Source: Bugula neritina | Lineage: Eukaryota; Animalia; Bryozoa | Assembly (NCBI GenBank): GCA_964035545.1 | Contig: OZ037766.1 | Span: 19,022,767 to 19,086,766, forward strand | Reading direction: 5' to 3' | DNA: 64,000 nucleotides | Part shown: piece after piece, positions 48,530 through 62,320 of the stretch | Layout of the letters: each line of letters starts with the position of its first letter | How positions within the stretch are numbered: the stretch's first letter is position 1 | Made by a program: the position numbers and the translations under genes | Notes under the pieces: generated by a model | Told to the model about the DNA's origin: nothing | The model's database searches: none | What the model saw: only the letters and a program-made list of their open reading frames with translations

Positions 48530-51500
48530 AAATACACTGCAACATAACGAGGTATATCGAAATATACGGACATGTACTGTAACATACTGAAACACACTGA
48601 AACATACTGAGACGTACTGAAATACGCTGCAACATGCTGCAACATACTGAAGTACAGTGTAACATATTGAAATACACTGCAGCACCTTGAAATATACCGC
48701 AACACACTGAAATATACTGCAACACATCCAAGTACATCGTAATATACGGACATGTACTGTAACATACTGAAACATACTGAAACAAAATTAAATATACTGT
48801 TGCGCACTGAATAATACTGCAAAATGCCGAAATAAACTGTAACACAGTGAAGCACACTGCAAATTTCTGAAATATACTGCAACATACTGAAATAGGCCTC
48901 AACATACTCAAATATACTGCAAGATACTGCAACATACGTAAAAACACTGTAACATACTGAAATACACTGCAACATACTGCAACATACTGAAGTACACTGT
49001 AAAATATTGAAATACACTGCAACACATTGGAATATACTGCAACACACTGAAATGTACTGCAACACACTGAAATATACTGCAACATACTGCAACATACTGA
49101 AAAACACTGTAACATACTGAAATACACTGCAACACACTGGTATATACTGCAACATACCCAAATATATGGTATTATACTGAAATATACTGAAATACACTGC
49201 AACACATTGAAAAACACTGCAACATACTGAAAGACACTACAACTCACTGAAGGATAGTGTAATATACGGAAATGTACTGTAACATACTGATACTTACTGT
49301 AACACACTGAATCATACTGCAACATACTGAAATACACTGTAACATACTGCAACATACTGAAATACACTGTAACAAACTGAAATACACTGCAACACATTGA
49401 AATATACTGCAACATACCCTATCATATTGTAATATACTGAAATATACTGCAACATACCGCAACATACTGAAATACACTGTAAGAAACTGAAATACACTGC
49501 AACACATTGGTATATACTGCAACATACCCAAATATATGGTATTATACTGAAATATACTGAAATACACTGTATCACATTGGAAAATACTGCAACATACTGA
49601 CAGACACTACAACTCACTGACGTATCGTGTAATATACGGAAACGTACTGTAACATACTGAAACACAATGCAACATAACGAGGTATATCGAAATATACGGA
49701 CATGTACTGTAACATACTGAAACACACTGAAACATACTGAAACATACCGAAACATACTGAGACGTACTGAAATACACTGCAACATGCTGCAACATACTGA
49801 AGTACAGTGTAACATATTGAACTACACTGCAACACATTGAAATATACCGCAACACACTGAAAAATACTGCAACACGTCCAAGTACATTGTAATATACGGA
49901 CATGTACTGTAACATACTGAAACATACCGAAACAAAATGAAATATACTGTTGCGCACTGAATAATACTGCAAAATGCCGAAATAAACTGTAACACAGTGA
50001 AGTATACTGCAAATTTCTGAAATATACTGCAACATACTGAAATAGGCCTCAACATACTCAAATATACTGCAAGATACTGCAACATACGTAAAAACACTGT
50101 AACATACTGAAATACACTGCAACATACTGCAACATACTGAAGTACACTGTAAAATATTGAAATACACTGCAACACATTGGAATATACTGCAACACACTGA
50201 AGTGTACTGCAACACACTGAAATATACTGCAACATACTGCAACATACTGAAAAACACTGTAACATACTGAAATACACTGCAAAAAACTGCAACATACTGA
50301 AGTACACTGTACATATTGAAAAACACTGCAACACAATGAAATATACCTCAACACACTGAAATATACTGAAACATGTTGAAATATACTGCAACATACTGCA
50401 ACCTACTGCAACATACTGAAATACACTGTAACAAACTGAAATACACTGCAACACATTGGAATATACTGCAACATTCCCTGATATATTGTAATATACTGAA
50501 ATACACTGCAACATACCGCAACATACTGAAATACACTGTTACAAACTGAAATACACTGCAACACATTGGTATATACTGCAACATACCCAAATATATGGTA
50601 TTATACTGAAATATACTGAAATACACTGCAACACATTGAAAAACACTGCAACATACTGAAAGACACTACAACTCACTGAAGGATAGTGTAATAATTGGAA
50701 ATGTACTGTAACATACTGATACTTACTGTAACACACTGAATCATACTGCAACATACTGCAATACACTGTAACATACCGAAACAAACTGCAACATACTGCA
50801 GCATACTGAAATACACTGTAACATACTGCAACATACTGAAATACACTGTAACAAACTGAAATACACTGCAACACATTGAAATATACTGCAACATACCCTA
50901 TCATATTGTAATATACTGAAATATACTGCAACATACCGCAACATACTGAAAAACACTGTAACATACTGTAACATACTGAAATACACTGCAAAAAACTGCA
51001 ACATACTGAAGTACACTGTACATATTGAAAAACACTGCAACACAATGAAATATACCTCAACACACTGAAATATACTAAAACATGTTGAAATTTACTGCAA
51101 CATACTGCAACATACTGCAACATACTGAAATACACTGTAACAAACTGAAATACACTGCAACATAACGAGGTATATCGAAATATACGGACATGTACTGTAA
51201 CATACTGAAACACACTGAAACATACTGAGACGTACTGAAATACGCTGCAACATGCTGCAACATACTGAAGTACAGTGTAACATATTGAAATACACTGCAG
51301 CACCTTGAAATATACCGCAACACACTGAAATATACTGCAACACATCCAAGTACATCGTAATATACGGACATGTACTGTAACATACTGAAACATACTGAAA
51401 CAAAATTAAATATACTGTTGCGCACTGAATAATACTGCAAAATGCCGAAATAAACTGTAACACAGTGAAGCACACTGCAAATTTCTGAAATATACTGCAA

Positions 51501-53780
51501 CATACTGAAATAGGCCTCAACATACTCAAATATACTGCAAGATACTGCAACATACGTAAAAACACTGTAACATACTGAAATACACTGCAACATACTGCAA
51601 CATACTGAAGTACACTGTAAAATATTGAAATACACTGCAACACATTGGAATATACTGCAACACACTGAAATGTACTGCAACACACTGAAATATACTGCAA
51701 CATACTGCAACATACTGAAAAACACTGTAACATACTGAAATACACTGCAACACACTGGTATATACTGCAACATACCCAAATATATGGTATTATACTGAAA
51801 TATACTGAAATACACTGCAACACATTGAAAAACACTGCAACATACTGAAAGACACTACAACTCACTGAAGGATAGTGTAATATACGGAAATGTACTGTAA
51901 CATACTGATACTTACTGTAACACACTGAATCATACTGCAACATACTGAAATACACTGTAACATACTGCAACATACTGAAATACACTGTAACAAACTGAAA
52001 TACACTGCAACACATTGAAATATACTGCAACATACCCTATCATATTGTAATATACTGAAATATACTGCAACATACCGCAACATACTGAAATACACTGTAA
52101 GAAACTGAAATACACTGCAACACATTGGTATATACTGCAACATACCCAAATATATGGTATTATACTGAAATATACTGAAATACACTGTATCACATTGGAA
52201 AATACTGCAACATACTGACAGACACTACAACTCACTGACGTATCGTGTAATATACGGAAACGTACTGTAACATACTGAAACACAATGCAACATAACGAGG
52301 TATATCGAAATATACGGACATGTACTGTAACATACTGAAACACACTGAAACATACTGAAACATACCGAAACATACTGAGACGTACTGAAATACACTGCAA
52401 CATGCTGCAACATACTGAAGTACAGTGTAACATATTGAACTACACTGCAACACATTGAAATATACCGCAACACACTGAAAAATACTGCAACACGTCCAAG
52501 TACATTGTAATATACGGACATGTACTGTAACATACTGAAACATACCGAAACAAAATGAAATATACTGTTGCGCACTGAATAATACTGCAAAATGCCGAAA
52601 TAAACTGTAACACAGTGAAGTATACTGCAAATTTCTGAAATATACTGCAACATACTGAAATAGGCCTCAACATACTCAAATATACTGCAAGATACTGCAA
52701 CATACGTAAAAACACTGTAACATACTGAAATACACTGCAACATACTGCAACATACTGAAGTACACTGTAAAATATTGAAATACACTGCAACACATTGGAA
52801 TATACTGCAACACACTGAAGTGTACTGCAACACACTGAAATATACTGCAACATACTGCAACATACTGAAAAACACTGTAACATACTGAAATACACTGCAA
52901 AAAACTGCAACATACTGAAGTACACTGTACATATTGAAAAACACTGCAACACAATGAAATATACCTCAACACACTGAAATATACTGAAACATGTTGAAAT
53001 ATACTGCAACATACTGCAACCTACTGCAACATACTGAAATACACTGTAACAAACTGAAATACACTGCAACACATTGGAATATACTGCAACATTCCCTGAT
53101 ATATTGTAATATACTGAAATACACTGCAACATACCGCAACATACTGAAATACACTGTTACAAACTGAAATACACTGCAACACATTGGTATATACTGCAAC
53201 ATACCCAAATATATGGTATTATACTGAAATATACTGAAATACACTGCAACACATTGAAAAACACTGCAACATACTGAAAGACACTACAACTCACTGAAGG
53301 ATAGTGTAATAATTGGAAATGTACTGTAACATACTGATACTTACTGTAACACACTGAATCATACTGCAACATACTGCAATACACTGTAACATACCGAAAC
53401 AAACTGCAACATACTGCAGCATACTGAAATACACTGTAACATACTGCAACATACTGAAATACACTGTAACAAACTGAAATACACTGCAACACATTGAAAT
53501 ATACTGCAACATACCCTATCATATTGTAATATACTGAAATATACTGCAACATACCGCAACATACTGAAAAACACTGTAACATACTGTAACATACTGAAAT
53601 ACACTGCAAAAAACTGCAACATACTGAAGTACACTGTACATATTGAAAAACACTGCAACACAATGAAATATACCTCAACACACTGAAATATACTAAAACA
53701 TGTTGAAATTTACTGCAACATACTGCAACATACTGCAACATACTGAAATACACTGTAACAAACTGAAATACACTGCAACA
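48530..53780 (+). repeat. Tandem duplication, 2 x 2618-bp unit (junction ~51150)
   Basis: ORF pairs 48908/51526, 49244/51862, 49607/52225, 50539/53157 and 51075/53693. cataacgagg is at 48543 and 51161. Confidence 0.93.
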
Positions 53781-55989
53781 CATTGGAATATACTGCAACA
53801 TTCCCTGATATCTTGTAATATACTGAAATACACTGCAACATACCGCAAAATACTAAAATACACTGTTACAAACTGAAATACACTGCAACACATTGGTATA
53901 TACTGCAACATACCCAAATATATGGTATTATACTGAAATATACTGAAATACACTGCAACATATTGAAAAAATACTGCAACATACTGAAAGACACTACAAC
54001 TCACTGAAGTATAGTGTAATATACGGAAATGTACTGTAACATACTGATACTTACTGTAACACACTGAATCATACTGCAACATACTGCAATACACTGTAAC
54101 ATACCGAAACAAACTGCAACATACTGCAACATACTGAAATACACTGTAACATACTAACACACACTGCAACATTCTGCAACATACTCCAACGTACTGAAAT
54201 ACACTGCAACATACTGAAGTACACTGTAAAATGTTGAAATACACTGCAACACATTAAAATATACTGCAACACACTGAAGTATACTGCAACATACTGAAAT
54301 ATACTGCAACATACTGCAACATACTGAAATACACTGTAACATACTGTAAGATACTGAAATACACTGCAACAAACTGCAACATACTGGAGTATACTGTACA
54401 TATTGGAAAACACTGCAACACACTGATATATACTGCAACACACTGAAATATACTGCAAAATACTGAAATATACTTCAACATACTGCAGCATACTGAAAGA
54501 CACTACAACTAACTGAAGTATAGTGTAATATACGGAAATGTACTAAAACATACTGATATTTACTGCAACACACTGAAATATACTGCAACATACTGAAATA
54601 CACTGTAACATGCCAAAATAAACTGCAACATACTGCAGCATACTGAAATACACTGTAACATACTAAAATACACTGCAACATTCTGCAACATACTTCAACA
54701 TACTGAAATACACTGAAACATAATGAAGTACACTGCAACACAATGAAATATACTGCCACACACTGAAATATACTGCAACACATCCAAGTACATCGTAATA
54801 TACGGACATGTACTATAACATACTGCAACACACTGAAGTATACTACAACATACTGAAATATACTGCAACATACTGCAACATACTGAAATACACTGTAGCA
54901 TACTGCAACATACCTAAATACACTGTAACAAACTGAAATATACTGCAACATACTGAAATGTACTGCAACATACTGAAATACACTGCAACATATCGAAGTA
55001 TACCGAAATATACGGATATGTACTGTAACATACTGAAACATACTGAAACATACTGAAACATACTGAAATATACTGAAATACACAGCAACATACTGCAACA
55101 TACTGAAGTACACTGTAACATATTGAAGTACACTGCAACACATTGAAATATACCGCAACACACTGAAATATACTGCAACACATCCAAGTACATCGTAATA
55201 TACGGACATGTACTGTAACATACTGAAACACACTGAAACATACTGAAACATACTGAAACATACTTCAACACACTGGAATATACCAAAACATACTGAAATA
55301 TACTGCAGGATTCTGCAGGATACTTCAACATACTGAAATGTACTGCAACATACTGAAACACACTGCAACATACCGAGGTATATCGAAATATACGGACATG
55401 TACTGTAACATACTGAAATATACTGCAACATACTGCAACATACTGAAATACACTGTAACATACTGCAACATACCTAAGTACACTGTAACATACTAAAATA
55501 CACTGCAACATTCTGCAACATACTTCAACATACTGAAATACACTGAAACATAATGAAGTACACTGCAACACAATGAAATATACTGCAACACACTGAAATA
55601 TACTGCAACACATCCAAGTACATCGTAATATACGGACATGTACTATGACATACTGCAACACACTGAAGTATACTACAACATACTGAAATATACTGCAACA
55701 TACTGCAACATACTGAAATACACTGTAGCATACTGCAACATACCTAAATACACTGTAACAAATTGAAATATACTGCAACATACTGAAATGTACTGCAACA
55801 TACTGAAATACACTGCAACATATCGAAGTATACCGAAATATACGGATATGTACTGTAACATACTGAAACATACTGAAACATACTGAAACATACTGAAATA
55901 TACTGAAATACACAGCAACATACTGCAACATACTGAAGTACACTGTAACATATTGAAGTACACTGCAACACATTGAAATATACCGCAAC

Positions 55990-58900
55990 ACACTGAAATA
56001 TACTGCAACACATCCAAGTACATCGTAATATACGGACATGTACTGTAACATACTGAAACACACTGAAACATACTGAAACATACTGAAACATACTTCAACA
56101 CACTGGAATATACCAAAACATACTGAAATATACTGCAACATACTGCAACATACTGAAATACACTGTAACAAACTGAAATACTCTGCAACATATTGGAATA
56201 TACTGCAACATACCCTAATATATTGTAATATACTGCAACATACCGCAACATACTGAAATACACTGTAACAAAGTGAAATACACTGCAACACATTGGTATA
56301 TACTGCAACATACCCAGATATATGGTAATATACTGAAATACACTGCAACATTCTGCAACATACTTCAACATACTGAAATGTGCTGCAACACACTGAAATA
56401 CACTGCAACATAACGAGGTATATCGAAATATACGGACATGTACTGTAACATACTGAAACACACTGAAACATACTGAGACGTACTGAAATACGCTGCAACA
56501 TGCTGCAACATACTGAAGTACAGTGTAACATATTGAAATACACTGCAGCACCTTGAAATATACCGCAACACACTGAAATATACTGCAACACATCCAAGTA
56601 CATCGTAATATACGGACATGTACTGTAACATACTGAAACATACTGAAACAAAATTAAATATACTGTTGCGCACTGAATAATACTGCAAAATGCCGAAATA
56701 AACTGTAACACAGTGAAGCACACTGCAAATTTCTGAAATATACTGCAACATACTGAAATAGGCCTCAACATACTCAAATATACTGCAAGATACTGCAACA
56801 TACGTAAAAACACTGTAACATACTGAAATACACTGCAACATACTGCAACATACTGAAGTACACTGTAAAATATTGAAATACACTGCAACACATTGGAATA
56901 TACTGCAACACACTGAAATGTACTGCAACACACTGAAATATACTGCAACATACTGCAACATACTGAAAAACACTGTAACATACTGAAATACACTGCAACA
57001 CACTGGTATATACTGCAACATACCCAAATATATGGTATTATACTGAAATATACTGAAATACACTGCAACACATTGAAAAACACTGCAACATACTGAAAGA
57101 CACTACAACTCACTGAAGGATAGTGTAATATACGGAAATGTACTGTAACATACTGATACTTACTGTAACACACTGAATCATACTGCAACATACTGAAATA
57201 CACTGTAACATACTGCAACATACTGAAATACACTGTAACAAACTGAAATACACTGCAACACATTGAAATATACTGCAACATACCCTATCATATTGTAATA
57301 TACTGAAATATACTGCAACATACCGCAACATACTGAAATACACTGTAAGAAACTGAAATACACTGCAACACATTGGTATATACTGCAACATACCCAAATA
57401 TATGGTATTATACTGAAATATACTGAAATACACTGTATCACATTGGAAAATACTGCAACATACTGACAGACACTACAACTCACTGACGTATCGTGTAATA
57501 TACGGAAACGTACTGTAACATACTGAAACACAATGCAACATAACGAGGTATATCGAAATATACGGACATGTACTGTAACATACTGAAACACACTGAAACA
57601 TACTGAAACATACCGAAACATACTGAGACGTACTGAAATACACTGCAACATGCTGCAACATACTGAAGTACAGTGTAACATATTGAACTACACTGCAACA
57701 CATTGAAATATACCGCAACACACTGAAAAATACTGCAACACGTCCAAGTACATTGTAATATACGGACATGTACTGTAACATACTGAAACATACCGAAACA
57801 AAATGAAATATACTGTTGCGCACTGAATAATACTGCAAAATGCCGAAATAAACTGTAACACAGTGAAGTATACTGCAAATTTCTGAAATATACTGCAACA
57901 TACTGAAATAGGCCTCAACATACTCAAATATACTGCAAGATACTGCAACATACGTAAAAACACTGTAACATACTGAAATACACTGCAACATAGTGCAACA
58001 TACTGAAGTACACTGTAAAATATTGAAATACACTGCAACACATTGGAATATACTGCAACACACTGAAGTGTACTGCAACACACTGAAATATACTGCAACA
58101 TACTGCAACATACTGAAAAACACTGTAACATACTGAAATACACTGCAAAAAACTGCAACATACTGAAGTACACTGTACATATTGAAAAACACTGCAACAC
58201 AATGAAATATACCTCAACACACTGAAATATACTGAAACATGTTGAAATATACTGCAACATACTGCAACCTACTGCAACATACTGAAATACACTGTAACAA
58301 ACTGAAATACACTGCAACACATTGGAATATACTGCAACATTCCCTGATATATTGTAATATACTGAAATACACTGCAACATACCGCAACATACTGAAATAC
58401 ACTGTTACAAACTGAAATACACTGCAACACATTGGTATATACTGCAACATACCCAAATATATGGTATTATACTGAAATATACTGAAATACACTGCAACAC
58501 ATTGAAAAACACTGCAACATACTGAAAGACACTACAACTCACTGAAGGATAGTGTAATAATTGGAAATGTACTGTAACATACTGATACTTACTGTAACAC
58601 ACTGAATCATACTGCAACATACTGCAATACACTGTAACATACCGAAACAAACTGCAACATACTGCAGCATACTGAAATACACTGTAACATACTGCAACAT
58701 ACTGAAATACACTGTAACAAACTGAAATACACTGCAACACATTGAAATATACTGCAACATACCCTATCATATTGTAATATACTGAAATATACTGCAACAT
58801 ACCGCAACATACTGAAAAACACTGTAACATACTGTAACATACTGAAATACACTGCAAAAAACTGCAACATACTGAAGTACACTGTACATATTGAAAAACA

Positions 58901-61900
58901 CTGCAACACAATGAAATATACCTCAACACACTGAAATATACTAAAACATGTTGAAATTTACTGCAACATACTGCAACATACTGCAACATACTGAAATACA
59001 CTGTAACAAACTGAAATACACTGCAACACATTGGAATATACTGCAACATTCCCTGATATCTTGTAATATACTGAAATACACTGCAACATACCGCAAAATA
59101 CTAAAATACACTGTTACAAACTGAAATACACTGCAACACATTGGTATATACTGCAACATACCCAAATATATGGTATTATACTGAAATATACTGAAATACA
59201 CTGCAACATATTGAAAAAATACTGCAACATACTGAAAGACACTACAACTCACTGAAGTATAGTGTAATATACGGAAATGTACTGTAACATACTGATACTT
59301 ACTGTAACACACTGAATCATACTGCAACATACTGCAATACACTGTAACATACCGAAACAAACTGCAACATACTGCAACATAGTAAAATACATTGTAACAT
59401 ACTAAAATACACTGCAACATTCTGCAACATACTTCAACATACTAAAGTACACCGTAACATAATGAAATACACTGCAACACATTGAAATATACTGCAACAC
59501 ACTGAAATATACTGCAACACATCCAAGTACATCGTAATATACGGACATGTACTGTAACATACTGAAACACACTGAAACATACTGAAACATACTGAAACAT
59601 ACTTCAACACACTGGAATATACCAAAACATACTGAAATATACTGCAACATACTGCAACATACTGAAATACACTGTAACAAACTGAAATACTCTGCAACAT
59701 ATTGGAATATACTGCAACATACCCTAATATATTGTAATATACTGCAACATACCGCAACATACTGAAATACACTGTAACAAAGTGAAATACACTGCAACAC
59801 ATTGGTATATACTGCAACATACCCAGATATATGGTAATATACTGAAATACACTGCAGCATTCTGCAACATACTTCAACATACTGAAATGTGCTGCAACAC
59901 ACTGAAATACACTGCAACATAACGAGGTATATCGAAATATACGGACATGTACTGTAACATACTGAAACACACTGAAACATACTGAGACGTACTGAAATAC
60001 GCTGCAACATGCTGCAACATACTGAAGTACAGTGTAACATATTGAAATACACTGCAGCACCTTGAAATATACCGCAACACACTGAAATATACTGCAACAC
60101 ATCCAAGTACATCGTAATATACGGACATGTACTGTAACATACTGAAACATACTGAAACAAAATTAAATATACTGTTGCGCACTGAATAATACTGCAAAAT
60201 GCCGAAATAAACTGTAACACAGTGAAGCACACTGCAAATTTCTGAAATATACTGCAACATACTGAAATAGGCCTCAACATACTCAAATATACTGCAAGAT
60301 ACTGCAACATACGTAAAAACACTGTAACATACTGAAATACACTGCAACATACTGCAACATACTGAAGTACACTGTAAAATATTGAAATACACTGCAACAC
60401 ATTGGAATATACTGCAACACACTGAAATGTACTGCAACACACTGAAATATACTGCAACATACTGCAACATACTGAAAAACACTGTAACATACTGAAATAC
60501 ACTGCAACACACTGGTATATACTGCAACATACCCAAATATATGGTATTATACTGAAATATACTGAAATACACTGCAACACATTGAAAAACACTGCAACAT
60601 ACTGAAAGACACTACAACTCACTGAAGGATAGTGTAATATACGGAAATGTACTGTAACATACTGATACTTACTGTAACACACTGAATCATACTGCAACAT
60701 ACTGAAATACACTGTAACATACTGCAACATACTGAAATACACTGTAACAAACTGAAATACACTGCAACACATTGAAATATACTGCAACATACCCTATCAT
60801 ATTGTAATATACTGAAATATACTGCAACATACCGCAACATACTGAAATACACTGTAAGAAACTGAAATACACTGCAACACATTGGTATATACTGCAACAT
60901 ACCCAAATATATGGTATTATACTGAAATATACTGAAATACACTGTATCACATTGGAAAATACTGCAACATACTGACAGACACTACAACTCACTGACGTAT
61001 CGTGTAATATACGGAAACGTACTGTAACATACTGAAACACAATGCAACATAACGAGGTATATCGAAATATACGGACATGTACTGTAACATACTGAAACAC
61101 ACTGAAACATACTGAAACATACCGAAACATACTGAGACGTACTGAAATACACTGCAACATGCTGCAACATACTGAAGTACAGTGTAACATATTGAACTAC
61201 ACTGCAACACATTGAAATATACCGCAACACACTGAAAAATACTGCAACACGTCCAAGTACATTGTAATATACGGACATGTACTGTAACATACTGAAACAT
61301 ACCGAAACAAAATGAAATATACTGTTGCGCACTGAATAATACTGCAAAATGCCGAAATAAACTGTAACACAGTGAAGTATACTGCAAATTTCTGAAATAT
61401 ACTGCAACATACTGAAATAGGCCTCAACATACTCAAATATACTGCAAGATACTGCAACATACGTAAAAACACTGTAACATACTGAAATACACTGCAACAT
61501 ACTGCAACATACTGAAGTACACTGTAAAATATTGAAATACACTGCAACACATTGGAATATACTGCAACACACTGAAGTGTACTGCAACACACTGAAATAT
61601 ACTGCAACATACTGCAACATACTGAAAAACACTGTAACATACTGAAATACACTGCAAAAAACTGCAACATACTGAAGTACACTGTACATATTGAAAAACA
61701 CTGCAACACAATGAAATATACCTCAACACACTGAAATATACTGAAACATGTTGAAATATACTGCAACATACTGCAACCTACTGCAACATACTGAAATACA
61801 CTGTAACAAACTGAAATACACTGCAACACATTGGAATATACTGCAACATTCCCTGATATATTGTAATATACTGAAATACACTGCAACATACCGCAACATA

Positions 61901-62320
61901 CTGAAATACACTGTTACAAACTGAAATACACTGCAACACATTGGTATATACTGCAACATACCCAAATATATGGTATTATACTGAAATATACTGAAATACA
62001 CTGCAACACATTGAAAAACACTGCAACATACTGAAAGACACTACAACTCACTGAAGGATAGTGTAATAATTGGAAATGTACTGTAACATACTGATACTTA
62101 CTGTAACACACTGAATCATACTGCAACATACTGCAATACACTGTAACATACCGAAACAAACTGCAACATACTGCAGCATACTGAAATACACTGTAACATA
62201 CTGCAACATACTGAAATACACTGTAACAAACTGAAATACACTGCAACACATTGAAATATACTGCAACATACCCTATCATATTGTAATATACTGAAATATA
62301 CTGCAACATACCGCAACATA
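55990..62320 (+). repeat. Duplication with 3509-bp offset (~55990-58810 repeated at ~59500-62320)
   Basis: ORF pairs 56365/59874, 57110/60619, 57473/60982 and 58405/61914. Confidence 0.92.

Larger units (their letters stand above)
46250..59380 (+). repeat. Two copies of a 5248-bp higher-order unit; the first (46250-54115) is expanded to 7866 bp by an internal 2618-bp duplication
   Basis: Offsets of 7866 (46388/54254, 47807/55673, 49607/57473, 51075/58941) and 5248 (53157/58405, 53693/58941). 7866 - 2618 = 5248. Confidence 0.9.
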
